A stretch of DNA of 50,644 nucleotides, taken from NCBI GenBank assembly GCA_034433775.1, contig DAOUAI010000149.1, forward strand, positions 1 to 50,644, read 5' to 3'. Positions within the stretch are counted from its first letter, which is position 1. Every line of letters begins with the position of its first letter. Below the pieces are notes generated by a model, which was given only the letters and a program-made list of their open reading frames with translations, had not been told where the DNA came from and made no database searches. This document shows, in pieces, positions 34,665-44,191 of this stretch. Origin of the DNA: Dehalococcoidia bacterium. Lineage in GTDB: Bacteria; Chloroflexota; Dehalococcoidia; GIF9; UBA5629. The translations under genes were made by a program, and so were the position numbers.

Positions 34665-35600
34665 TTACAGTAGTTCCACGATGACTTTCGGAAGCAATCT
34701 CTCCACATCCTGGCGGCGACAGAGTTCAGTGCCCGGGGTTAACGTAGCTGCGGTACCGGCAGCGGCTGCCCAGCGGCAGGCTTCTTCAAGGCTATAACCT
34801 TGACTTAGTTTAAGGACCAGCCCAGCAACAGCCGAATCTCCAGCGCCTACGGTGCTGCGTGTCCGTACACGCGGTGGGACTACTTTTATTACCTTCTCTT
34901 TTGTAGCCACTATCATGCCATTCTTCCCGCGGGAAATGGCTACGATTTGTATATCGTCCCTGACCAATGTCTCAGCTGCTTTTATCACGGAGGCTTCATC
35001 TTTTAGTTCTGTGCCCAGCAATTCCTCGGTCTCGTGCACGTTCGGCTTAATGATGTGCGGTTTTGCTTTAATTCCTTCTTTAAGCCATTGCCTGTCGGAA
35101 TCGAGGACTGTCTTAATACCGTAGTTTTTCGCTCCGAGTATCAGTCGCCGATATATGTCATCGGGTATTCCAGGTGGAACGCTCCCGGCAAAAACTAAGA
35201 AGTCAGGGGGGGTTCTCATGCTTCTTAGTTTGTCGACCAGTTCAGCCAGCTCCTGTCTTGAGATGCGGGGGCCGGGTGCATCGATTCTGGTCTGGCGGTT
35301 GGTCTTTAGATTGGTGATTATAAAGTTGCTCCTTATTTCACCGCTGGTGGGAATGAAATCAAACGGCACCCCTTGTTTTCTGAGTAGTCTTTTGAGTGTT
35401 TCGCCGGCGGCGCCACCGATGAAACTGTAGGCTATGGTCTCGCCACCGAGCTCGTGGACGACACGTGACACATTGATGCCTTTACCGCCGGGGTCTTCGC
35501 GGAGGCTGGTCCAGCGGTTGGCTTCATCGATGACCAGGTCTGCAACAGTGACTGTCCTGTCCAGGCTGGGGTTTAGAGTTACTGTGGCGATCATATTCAC
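34665..35600 (-). CDS. PfkB-family sugar-phosphate kinase (1-phosphofructokinase / tagatose-6-P kinase / PfkB type)
   Basis: TLNPSLDRT N-terminus, GGKGINVS and the C-terminal GAGDSAVAG motif. Confidence 0.85.
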   Translation of the reverse strand: MNMIATVTLNPSLDRTVTVADLVIDEANRWTSLREDPGGKGINVSRVVHELGGETIAYSFIGGAAGETLKRLLRKQGVPFDFIPTSGEIRSNFIITNLKTNRQTRIDAPGPRISRQELAELVDKLRSMRTPPDFLVFAGSVPPGIPDDIYRRLILGAKNYGIKTVLDSDRQWLKEGIKAKPHIIKPNVHETEELLGTELKDEASVIKAAETLVRDDIQIVAISRGKNGMIVATKEKVIKVVPPRVRTRSTVGAGDSAVAGLVLKLSQGYSLEEACRWAAAAGTAATLTPGTELCRRQDVERLLPKVIVELL

Positions 35601-37039
35601 TTCACCTTTTCTATTTTCAGTAAGTTGGTACTACCGGGGATGCCAATAGGCACGCCGCCGGTGATGACTACCAGGTCTCCTCTTTTGGCTATGCCGACCC
35701 TTTTAGCGAGTCTTGCCCCACGGGCGAAAAGCACCGTTATACGTGAAGGCTCGGGGATTTGAAAGGCGCGCACTCCCCAGGACAGAGAGAGTTGTCTCTG
35801 GGTGCTGCGGTTCGGCGTTATAGCGAGGATCGGTGCCTGGGGACGATATTTGGAGACGCGTCTGGCGGTGCTTCCTGAGGAGGTAAAAGCGACTATAGCG
35901 GCGGTGCCAAGCTGATGAGCAGAATGGCAGGCTGCATAACTGATGGCGTCGTCAGTTTGTGGTTGCACATTTTTGCCTTTGTTAAGCAGCATTTCTTCGT
36001 AGGGAAGGGCAGCTTCAGCTTCAAGGGCAATTTGTGCCATCATGGTTACGGACTCGACTGGATAGTCCCCTATAGCGGTCTCCTCGGAAAGCATGATGGC
36101 GTCAGCACCGTCGAAAATAGCGTTGGCAACATCGGTGACCTCCGCTCTGGTAGGTCGTGGGGCTTTGACCATCGATTCCAGCATCTGGGTGGCGACGATA
36201 ACCGGCTTACCGAGGCGGTTACACTTGTTAATAATTTCTTTCTGGACAATGGGTACCTTTGGCAGAGGTATCTCAATGCCCAAGTCGCCTCGGGCGACCA
36301 TAACGCCATCAGCCGCCTCAAGTATTTCGTCTAGATTGTTGAGGGCTTCTTTTCGCTCTATCTTGGCGATAACCGCAGGTACATTTTTGCCTTTGCGCAG
36401 AAAGTCCTTCACCTTCTTAACGTCGGCAGCCGATCTAATGAAAGACAGCGCCACGAAGTCTACGTCGTGTTCCAGCCCGAAAACCAGATGCCCCCAATCT
36501 TCTTCAGTGACCGATGGCGAGTCCCAGCTCACATCTGGTACATTTACCCCCTTCTCTTCTCCAAGCACGCCCCCTGTGACTACACGGCACTTAACATCTG
36601 TGGCGTTGGTACCGATAACCTTTAATTCGATGACGCCATCGTCGAGGTAGATTGTGTCTCCAGGTTTCACCTTCTTAGGCAATTCTGGAAGTTCTACCGA
36701 GACCATTTGTTCGTTGCCCAACAATTGCTTTGTGGTCAGAGTAAATTCTGTGTCTTCCTTTAGTTCAACGATGCCGTTCTTAAGTTTACCGGTGCGGTTT
36801 TTTGGCCCGGGCAGGTCCTGCATGATGGCAAGCGGGAATCCAATCTGCCTGGCTACCCTGCGCAGCGTTTTTATACGAGCGGCATGCTCTTTATGGGTGC
36901 CGTGGGAAAAATTGAGCCTGGCTACGTCCATACCGGCAGCAAGCATTCTTGAGATGGTCTCAGCGGAGCTACTGCTGGGACCTATGGTGCAGACGATTTT
37001 GGTCCTGCGATAGGGGTGTGGTGGGGTATAAACAGGCAT
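35597..37039 (-). CDS. pyk: Pyruvate kinase
   Basis: RRTKIVCTIGP, ARLNFSHG, MVARGDLGIEIP and ATQMLESM. Overlaps the pfkB start by 4 nt. Confidence 0.95.
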   Translation of the reverse strand: MPVYTPPHPYRRTKIVCTIGPSSSSAETISRMLAAGMDVARLNFSHGTHKEHAARIKTLRRVARQIGFPLAIMQDLPGPKNRTGKLKNGIVELKEDTEFTLTTKQLLGNEQMVSVELPELPKKVKPGDTIYLDDGVIELKVIGTNATDVKCRVVTGGVLGEEKGVNVPDVSWDSPSVTEEDWGHLVFGLEHDVDFVALSFIRSAADVKKVKDFLRKGKNVPAVIAKIERKEALNNLDEILEAADGVMVARGDLGIEIPLPKVPIVQKEIINKCNRLGKPVIVATQMLESMVKAPRPTRAEVTDVANAIFDGADAIMLSEETAIGDYPVESVTMMAQIALEAEAALPYEEMLLNKGKNVQPQTDDAISYAACHSAHQLGTAAIVAFTSSGSTARRVSKYRPQAPILAITPNRSTQRQLSLSWGVRAFQIPEPSRITVLFARGARLAKRVGIAKRGDLVVITGGVPIGIPGSTNLLKIEKVK

Positions 37040-37043
37040 ATTT

Positions 37044-38039
37044 TCAGTACTCCCGGTACCAGTCCTCGGGCACGGTGGTAAGGTTGTCCTCTCTGATGTT
37101 TAGCTTGCGGTACCACGGTGTCCCGTATTTGCTGGCTATCTCTGCCAGCTCTTTTAGCCGGTCGACCACAGTTGTGGAGAGAAATTTGACCCGCGTTTTT
37201 CTATCTTCAAACTTCACGACCTCCTGCCAGATGGCGCGACCGCCAAGAAAGCCGGAGGCGCCGGCACGGCAGGCGAGTTCGACCTCTTTGCGAAAAGCTG
37301 GATAGTCTATGCCAGCGCTGAGCATGACCCAGGGCACTTGTGCTGCTTCATCGAGCTGGTGGCACAGTCCAAGTAGCCTGCTCTCATCCGTCTCGTAATC
37401 GAAATCAGCCGGAAATTCCACTTTGAGTACATTTATGGGCAGTTCTGTTAGCTGGCGCACAGTATCGATGACCAGAGACGGTCGCTTGGCGGCAAACTGC
37501 GCTGACCTGGGGTCCTCGTCCTTCAAGGCGTATGTCTTCGGTTCAACGAGAAACGGTATGTCATATTTGAGGCATTCCTTAGCCAGTCTTTTGATGGTGG
37601 ACCGTTGTTTTGCAGCAGCTTTGGAGAGGTCGGGGCGGTAGTAGACGAGGATTTTCACCGCGGATGCGCCCATGCGTTTGATCTTTTCTACGCTCCAGCC
37701 ATCGAGCAGCCTGGTTATTCGACCGTCGGGGGTGTTTTCGTAGTCGGTAGCCTCGATACTGACGAGTAAGCCGGTATCCCGGGGAAGCACCCCACTGGTA
37801 ATGCACTGCGGAGCGCCGTAGACGGGGTCCAGAAGCACCGCACTGGCGTGAGGTGCTAGGGCAGCGCACAGGTCAAGTTTATATTCTACCATCTCCCGGT
37901 AATCAGGCTGTTTGCCCTGCCCCTTTTCAATCATAGTCTTCAGTGAACTGCGGTGGTCCATAGCGCACATGGTGAATATGCCATCTCGGGTGGAGACCTG
38001 CTGTAACCCCCTTATCTTGCCCACGCTTAGTGCCTGCAT
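37044..38039 (-). CDS. Class I aldolase of the tagatose-1,6-bisphosphate aldolase (LacD) family
   Basis: LacD-like blocks (GIFTMCAMDHRSSL, AVLLDPVYG, LKVEFP). ATG 38039 follows AGGAGG. The track's 38192 extension lacks support. Confidence 0.8.
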   Translation of the reverse strand: MQALSVGKIRGLQQVSTRDGIFTMCAMDHRSSLKTMIEKGQGKQPDYREMVEYKLDLCAALAPHASAVLLDPVYGAPQCITSGVLPRDTGLLVSIEATDYENTPDGRITRLLDGWSVEKIKRMGASAVKILVYYRPDLSKAAAKQRSTIKRLAKECLKYDIPFLVEPKTYALKDEDPRSAQFAAKRPSLVIDTVRQLTELPINVLKVEFPADFDYETDESRLLGLCHQLDEAAQVPWVMLSAGIDYPAFRKEVELACRAGASGFLGGRAIWQEVVKFEDRKTRVKFLSTTVVDRLKELAEIASKYGTPWYRKLNIREDNLTTVPEDWYREY

Positions 38040-38286
38040 TGGTATCCTCCTGATTTTATGGTTAGAATATAACTTTTTGCTGTTCATATAGCAAGTGTGG
38101 CATTGCAAATTGCTTTTTTGTGTTAATAAAAGACTGTTCTGGAGGTATTGTAAAAAGGCGAAGTGCTCACTATTGAGGCGTATTATGACCAAGTGTTATA
38201 CTGGAGTCCACCCATGAGTTTGAGGCAGGCAGCGCCGGGGCGGGTTAGTGCGGCTGTGCTGATCAAGGATAATAGAAGGAGCAGCT

Positions 38287-39564
38287 ATGACGAAGGGTTT
38301 TACCATTCCAGTTGATAGACTAGCACAGATGTCTCAAAGGGAGCGGCAACGGTATCTTGATAAGAGGCTGCGAGAGGTAGTTATTCACGCTTATGAGAAA
38401 GCGCCGTCGATACGCGAAAGGTTGGAGAAGGCGGGCATTGACCCATACAAGGTGAAGGGCATAAGCGACCTGGAGTCTTTGCCTGTGCTGCGGAAGGACG
38501 AACTTATAGACCTGTACAAGAGCCGTCCACCTCTTGGCGGGCTGGTGGCAGTACCTTTAACCGGGCTAGAACGGGTGTATGTATCTCCGGGACCGATATA
38601 CGACCCCCACCACAAGAGCGAGGCTTTCTGGCAGAGGCACAAGCACTTGGTCGAATCTGTGGGTTTTGGTAAAGGTGACGTGGTTATCAACGCGTGGTCT
38701 TATCATCTGGTGCCTGCGGGGTTGATGGTTGATGAGGCTTTAAGGCGAGCCGGTGCCACTGTGATACCTATGGGAGTGGGGAATACCGAACTCCATGTCG
38801 AGGTGATGCATCAGCTTCGGGTGACCGGCTTTTTCGGCAGCACCGGCTTTTTCATAAACATCATCAACAAGGCTGAAGAGATGGGCTATGATGTGGTGAA
38901 AGACTTTAACCTGAGGCTGGCCTGCATCGGTGGTGAGATGGGGGGCGGACCGATAAGGAAGCTGGTAGAGGAAAAGTACGGCATCACAACCCGCGATGTG
39001 TACGGCACAGCCGATGTGGGGCTGTTTGCTTATGAGTGCAGTGGCAAGGAGGGGATGCATATTGCGGAGGGGGTTATTGTGGAAATAGTGAGCCCGGAGA
39101 CAGGGCGTCCTGTGCCTCCGGGCGAGGTCGGCGAGGTGGTGGTCACCCCCATTGATGAGACCTACCCGCTGATACGGTTTGGCACCGGCGACCTCGCAGC
39201 CCTGATAGAAGAACCCTGCCCTTGCGGCAGGACTTCATTGAGGATAACGCGCATTCTTGGCAGGATTGGGGATGCGGTGAGGGTACGAGGAATGTTCGTT
39301 CATCCACGGCAACTTGAGGCGGCGATGGTACGGTTTGGTCAGGTAGCTAAATATCAGGCGGTGGTTACCAGGTCCGGTCACCGGGATGAACTGGCACTGA
39401 AAGTGGAACTCAAAGAGGAAGCGATTGACCGGGAAAGGATGGCCCAGGAGATAAATGATGCGGTGAGCAGTGCAATAAGGGTAAAGGTCGACCGCATTGA
39501 GTTTGTGGGCAAGGGGGCTATACCGGAAGGACACAAACTTATAGTGGACGAGCGTGTCTATTGA
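38287..39564 (+). CDS. Phenylacetate-CoA ligase (PaaK) / coenzyme F390 synthetase-family adenylating enzyme
   Basis: PaaK-like N-terminus (ERLEKAGIDP...I.SLEDL..LPVLRKDEL), GGEMGG and YGTADVG motifs, and a C-terminal GK...D tail. Confidence 0.8.
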   Translation: MTKGFTIPVDRLAQMSQRERQRYLDKRLREVVIHAYEKAPSIRERLEKAGIDPYKVKGISDLESLPVLRKDELIDLYKSRPPLGGLVAVPLTGLERVYVSPGPIYDPHHKSEAFWQRHKHLVESVGFGKGDVVINAWSYHLVPAGLMVDEALRRAGATVIPMGVGNTELHVEVMHQLRVTGFFGSTGFFINIINKAEEMGYDVVKDFNLRLACIGGEMGGGPIRKLVEEKYGITTRDVYGTADVGLFAYECSGKEGMHIAEGVIVEIVSPETGRPVPPGEVGEVVVTPIDETYPLIRFGTGDLAALIEEPCPCGRTSLRITRILGRIGDAVRVRGMFVHPRQLEAAMVRFGQVAKYQAVVTRSGHRDELALKVELKEEAIDRERMAQEINDAVSSAIRVKVDRIEFVGKGAIPEGHKLIVDERVY

Positions 39565-39632
39565 CCTACAGTGTTTTCGTCTTTGTGTGATAAAATAGGG
39601 CGATAGATTTAAGGCTTTACGACGGTAATGTC

Positions 39633-40592
39633 ATGACCACGTCTAAAGTTAGCGTCGAACACGAACTCAAAGTAAGTTCAGTCAGCTATGGCAAACTGAA
39701 TTGGATCTACATTGAGAGACCGACTGAGAGAGAGGTCGACTACTTGCGACAGAACTTCAACTTTCACCATTTAAACCTCGATGACGTACTCAGTCGGGTG
39801 CAGCGTCCCAAGATCGATGAATATGGTGACCACCTGTTCATAGTATTGCATTTTCCGGTATTCGATAAGCGTAACCGTGTGACCACCCCGAGCGAAGTAG
39901 ATATTTTCATCGGCGAAAATTATGTGGTCACGGTGCATAAACAGGGTGACTTGAAGCCGTTAGCCAAGTTTTTCGAGGAGTGCCGACTTGATGAGTCAAT
40001 CTGCAGTACATACCTGTGCCGTAGCTCCGGGTTCTTGTTATATCATATACTGGACAATCTGGTGAATTACTGTTTTCCCATCCTGCGCAAAGTGACCGAT
40101 AATATTGAGAAGGCGGAGAGTTTTGTTTTTGCCCGTCCTGTGCCGGAGACGGTGAATGAGATTTCGCTCATCAGGCGTGACCTCATTTCCTTTCGTCGTG
40201 TGGTCCATCCGCAGATAGCCGTTGTCGAAGCGCTGGAGAACGAAGAGTACCCGTTCCTTAAAGAAGACCAGGACATCTATTTTGGTGACATCGCTGACCA
40301 CATCCGTAAGATCTGGGACGGTCTGGAGGATGCTAAAGAGGTGGCTGATGGGTTGATGGACACTGCCAACTGGTTGACCTCTCACCGGCTACAGGAGACC
40401 ATACGGGTGCTGACCATAGTGATGGCACTGCTTACTCCACCGATGTTGATTGCGAGTATCTATGGGATGAATGTGGTCCTGCCCGGTGGCATAGAAAAAG
40501 GAGACCTTACCTCTTTTGTTCTGCTAATTGCAGTGATGTTCATCTCGGCGATGGGGATACTGTGGTTCTTACACCGCAGGCGCTGGCTCTGA
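39633..40592 (+). CDS. corA: CorA-family Mg2+/Co2+ transporter
   Basis: YGMN motif (SIYGMNVV) before the last TM helix. 319 aa. Confidence 0.9.
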   Translation: MTTSKVSVEHELKVSSVSYGKLNWIYIERPTEREVDYLRQNFNFHHLNLDDVLSRVQRPKIDEYGDHLFIVLHFPVFDKRNRVTTPSEVDIFIGENYVVTVHKQGDLKPLAKFFEECRLDESICSTYLCRSSGFLLYHILDNLVNYCFPILRKVTDNIEKAESFVFARPVPETVNEISLIRRDLISFRRVVHPQIAVVEALENEEYPFLKEDQDIYFGDIADHIRKIWDGLEDAKEVADGLMDTANWLTSHRLQETIRVLTIVMALLTPPMLIASIYGMNVVLPGGIEKGDLTSFVLLIAVMFISAMGILWFLHRRRWL

Positions 40593-40622
40593 GGTTTTAA
40601 GAATGCGGTCAAAGGCTCTAGG

Positions 40623-41291
40623 ATGACGGTCTCATACAGGTTTGTAACGGTAGCCGCCCTTTTTGTCACCTGCCTGATAACAGCCAACATTATCATCGTA
40701 AAGCAGATAAGCATCGCTGGTATAGTGCTGCCGGCGGCGATAATTATTTTCCCGCTTAGCTATATCATCGGGGACGTGCTTACCGAGGTCTATGGTTACC
40801 AGCAGGCGCGCCGTGTCATCTGGCTTGGCTTTTTGTGCAATGTGGTAACTGTAATCGCTATCTGGATAGCTAAGATATTGCCGCCAGCCCCTGTCTTTGA
40901 GGCGCAGCAAGACTACGAGCGTATCTTAGGCAGTACACCGCGTTTTCTACTGGCATCTTTTCTGGCTTACCTCGCAGGTGAGTTTACCAATTCGGTGGTC
41001 TTGTCCAAGATGAAAATCTGGACGCGTGGACGGTGGCTATGGACAAGGACCATCGGCTCCACTCTTGTAGGACAGGGCGTGGATACAGTGGTGGTGCTCG
41101 CTATCGCTTTTGCTGGGGTGTTACCTATCGGGGTTTTGGGTATCATGATGCTCAGCCACTGGCTGACGAAAGTAGTCTACGAAATAATCGCCACACCGTT
41201 TACCTACCTTGCCGTAGGGTATTTAAAGCGGAAAGAGGGCGTGGATGTATATGATTACCAGGTTGATTTTAATCCGCTGAAAATCGGTTAG
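40623..41291 (+). CDS. yhhQ: Queuosine-precursor transporter (YhhQ/VUT, DUF165)
   Basis: IIFPLSYIIGDVLTEVYGYQQARRVIW signature and about 6 TM helices. Confidence 0.8.
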   Translation: MTVSYRFVTVAALFVTCLITANIIIVKQISIAGIVLPAAIIIFPLSYIIGDVLTEVYGYQQARRVIWLGFLCNVVTVIAIWIAKILPPAPVFEAQQDYERILGSTPRFLLASFLAYLAGEFTNSVVLSKMKIWTRGRWLWTRTIGSTLVGQGVDTVVVLAIAFAGVLPIGVLGIMMLSHWLTKVVYEIIATPFTYLAVGYLKRKEGVDVYDYQVDFNPLKIG

Positions 41292-41293
41292 CT

Positions 41294-41821
41294 ATGTCCA
41301 GCGTTGTACGGGCTAAGGAGATAAAATTTATTGTTGACCACAATGTGGGCAAGCTGGCTAAATGGCTGCGCATGATGGGGTACGATGCTTTGCTGTTTAA
41401 AGAGGAAGACGATGGCAGCTTGGTGAGGCTTGCTCTGGCTGAAGACAGGGTGGTCTTGACCAAAGACAGTCAGATTATGAAACGGCGAGTGGTCACCAGC
41501 GGGAAACTGAAGGCTGTTTTTCTAAACGACGATGACCCGAAGGTACAGCTAAGAAAAGTCATCGAGACGCTATGTCTGGACTGTCAGCACAGACCCTTCT
41601 CTATATGTCTGGAATGTAACTATCCTTTAGCGGAGGTAGCCAAGGAGGAAGTGCGTGGTCGGGTCCCGCCTTATGTCTTCAAGACACAGGAGCAGTTTAT
41701 GGAATGTCCTTCATGTCATCGTATCTACTGGCGGGGGACGCATTGGATGGCTATGAACCGTGTTTTGCAGCGGCTTGTCACAGAAGGGGACAGGTGTGCA
41801 GGTGGTCAGGGAAATAGCTAG
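41294..41821 (+). CDS. Mut7-C (DUF82) PIN-like RNase domain protein with Zn ribbon
   Basis: FIVDHNVGKLAKWLRMMGYD N-terminus. CxxC...CxxC (CLECN...CPSCHRIYWRGTHW). Confidence 0.75.
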   Translation: MSSVVRAKEIKFIVDHNVGKLAKWLRMMGYDALLFKEEDDGSLVRLALAEDRVVLTKDSQIMKRRVVTSGKLKAVFLNDDDPKVQLRKVIETLCLDCQHRPFSICLECNYPLAEVAKEEVRGRVPPYVFKTQEQFMECPSCHRIYWRGTHWMAMNRVLQRLVTEGDRCAGGQGNS

Positions 41822-41836
41822 GAGGTCTGTCTGGTT

Positions 41837-43408
41837 ATGAAATTGGTCACTGCGGAGGAGATGCGGGAGATAGACCGTAATTGTGCCAGCATTGGTCTGG
41901 CCACCGAGATATTGATGGAGAACGCCGGGCGGGCGGTGGCTGAAGAGACGCGAAAGCTGATGGATGGTGTGGTGGGCAAGAGGGTACTCATACTGGTGGG
42001 ACCGGGGAATAATGGTGGCGACGGACTGGTAGCAGGGCGGTATCTCGGCGACTGGGGGGCGGAGGTGGTCTTTTATCTTTGTACTGAGCGTCCTGCTGCG
42101 GATAGGAACCTAGCACTTGCCGTGGAGCGGGGACTGGCGCTGGTTAGGGCCCGTGAAGACGACGGTCTGGCTAAACTTGATGACCTTCTGGGTTCCTCTG
42201 AGGTGGTGATGGATGCGGTGCTGGGGACGGGCAGGAGCCGGGCTCTGGAGGGGCTGCTGAAAGAAGTGTTGAGCAGGGTGTTACAATTTAAGGCAAAGAA
42301 GCCCGAAGTCCCTATTGTGGCTGTGGATGTGCCCTCAGGACTTGATGCCGATACCGGTGCTGTAGACCCCAACTGCATTTATGCAGACTTTACGGTGACG
42401 CTGGGTTATCCCAAAGTCGGGCTGTACAGTTTTCCCGGTGCTGAGAGGGCGGGGAAGATTATTGCAGTCGACATCGGGATTCCCCCTGAGCTGGCTGAGG
42501 GCATAAGCACGGAGTTGATAACCGAGCAGTGGGTGCAGTCGGTGTTGCCGCGGCGCCCTCGCGATGCCAATAAAGGTACATTTGGCAAGGTGCTGGTGGT
42601 CGCGGGGTCGATCAATTATATAGGTGCTGCCTATCTCGCCTGTATGGGGGCAGCCAGAGTAGGGGCAGGGCTCGTGACCCTGTCGACACCTAAGAGCTTA
42701 CAGCCCATCCTGGCAGCGAAGCTAGCCGAGACAACTTATTTACCACTCCCTGAAGCGGAGACCGGTATTATCGGCGAGAAAGCGGTTTCGGTGGTGGCTG
42801 AACATTTGCAGGACTACAGCGTTCTGCTTATTGGTTGTGGGCTGGGGCAGAAGCCGCCGGTGGTCAAGTTTGTGCAGTCGCTCCTGCTGGATGCAGAGGG
42901 CAGGCATCTACCAGCTCTGGTCATCGATGCTGACGGTCTGAATATCCTATCGCAGGTATCAGGATTGTGGCAGAAGCTGGGTCGGGGTGCTATACTAACT
43001 CCACACCCTGGAGAGATGGCACGTTTGAGCGTAACTACGGTTGCTGATGTGCAACAGCGGCGTCTGGAGGTGGCGAAGCAAAAAGCTATGGAGTGGCAAC
43101 AGGTGGTGGTGCTCAAAGGGGCTTATACTGTAGTGGCAGCTTCTGACGGCAGGGCGAAGGTCAGCCAGATAGCCAATCCAGGGCTTGCCTCCGCTGGCAC
43201 CGGCGACGTGCTCAGCGGGATAATAGCCGGGCTCCTTGCTCAAGGACTGTCGCCTTTCGATGCTGCTGCCTGCGGTGTTTATCTCCACGGTGAAGCTGGA
43301 GAGATGGTGAGGCAGGAGCTAGGCGATGCCGGCATGCTGGCTAGTGACCTTCTGTCTGCCTTGCCCAGGGTAATAAAACGACTGAAAGTGTCCAGACTCG
43401 GAGGTTAG
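41837..43408 (+). CDS. nnr: Bifunctional NAD(P)H-hydrate repair enzyme (epimerase / ADP-dependent dehydratase)
   Basis: YjeF-N domain (GPGNNGGDG) plus a carbohydrate-kinase-like C-domain (KGTFGKVLVVAGS, GTGDVLSG). Confidence 0.9.
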   Translation: MKLVTAEEMREIDRNCASIGLATEILMENAGRAVAEETRKLMDGVVGKRVLILVGPGNNGGDGLVAGRYLGDWGAEVVFYLCTERPAADRNLALAVERGLALVRAREDDGLAKLDDLLGSSEVVMDAVLGTGRSRALEGLLKEVLSRVLQFKAKKPEVPIVAVDVPSGLDADTGAVDPNCIYADFTVTLGYPKVGLYSFPGAERAGKIIAVDIGIPPELAEGISTELITEQWVQSVLPRRPRDANKGTFGKVLVVAGSINYIGAAYLACMGAARVGAGLVTLSTPKSLQPILAAKLAETTYLPLPEAETGIIGEKAVSVVAEHLQDYSVLLIGCGLGQKPPVVKFVQSLLLDAEGRHLPALVIDADGLNILSQVSGLWQKLGRGAILTPHPGEMARLSVTTVADVQQRRLEVAKQKAMEWQQVVVLKGAYTVVAASDGRAKVSQIANPGLASAGTGDVLSGIIAGLLAQGLSPFDAAACGVYLHGEAGEMVRQELGDAGMLASDLLSALPRVIKRLKVSRLGG

Positions 43409-43413
43409 CTATC

Positions 43414-44187
43414 GTGCTGCTAGCGCTTGATGTGGGTAATACCAATATTACCGTGGGGGTCTTCGATGGCAACAAATTGAAGGCGACCTGGCGGATTGGC
43501 ACTGATGTCCATCAGACATCTGATGAATACGGCAGTTTGCTCGTTCACCTGATTGAGCGTCAGGGGTTGAAAGTGAACAGCATCAATGAGGCTGTGTTTT
43601 GCAGTGTGGTGCCGCCCCTGGTGGGGGTCTTTGAACAGATGTGCCGGCGCTATTTCAGTACGAAGGCGCTGGTTGTAGAAGCCGGGGTAAAGACCGGGGT
43701 GAAGATCTGTCTTGATAACCCCAGGGAGGTGGGTGCTGACCGGGTGGTGAATGCGGTGGCGGCGCACAAACTCTATGGTGGACCGGTGATTGTTATCGAC
43801 CTGGGCACCGCCATCACCTTTGATGCTGTTTCCGAAGAAGGTGACTATCTTGGCGGCGCCATTGCTCCGGGGATTGCTATAGCTACTGAGGCGCTGTTTA
43901 CAAGGACGGCTGCCTTGCCCAGACTGGAACTGGACGTTCCCAGGAAGGCTATCGGCAGGAATACGGTGGCTGCGATGCTATCGGGTATCGTGTTTGGTTA
44001 CTCGGGTCTGATTGAGAAAGTAGTATCGCGTATTCAGGAGGAACTCGGTGGCAGGGCAAAGGTGGTGGCTACCGGGGGGTATGCTGAGCTTCTGGCAAGA
44101 ATGACGCCGATAATTGAGGAAGTGAACCCTGACCTCACATTGATAGGTCTGCGTTTAATTTACGAAATGAATAGAGAAAGGGAATGA
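43414..44187 (+). CDS. coaX: Type III pantothenate kinase
   Basis: LALDVGNTNITVGVF and IVIDLGTAITFD motifs. GTG start. Confidence 0.9.
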   Translation: MLLALDVGNTNITVGVFDGNKLKATWRIGTDVHQTSDEYGSLLVHLIERQGLKVNSINEAVFCSVVPPLVGVFEQMCRRYFSTKALVVEAGVKTGVKICLDNPREVGADRVVNAVAAHKLYGGPVIVIDLGTAITFDAVSEEGDYLGGAIAPGIAIATEALFTRTAALPRLELDVPRKAIGRNTVAAMLSGIVFGYSGLIEKVVSRIQEELGGRAKVVATGGYAELLARMTPIIEEVNPDLTLIGLRLIYEMNRERE

Positions 44188-44191
44188 GGAG

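Noticed and set aside
35206-35212. G7 homopolymer as a possible phase-variation tract
   Set aside because: It simply encodes Pro-Pro (ACC CCC CCT) inside pfkB. It is short, and nothing else suggests slipped-strand regulation.
38040-38192. 51-codon N-terminal extension of the aldolase in the ORF track
   Set aside because: The extension has AT-rich, non-coding-like composition. An AGGAGG SD sits immediately before the internal ATG at 38039, where the LacD-family similarity begins.
40593-40622. Possible preQ1 riboswitch in front of yhhQ
   Set aside because: The gap is only 30 nt and I could not see a preQ1-type stem-loop with an A-rich tail. yhhQ is probably co-transcribed with corA.
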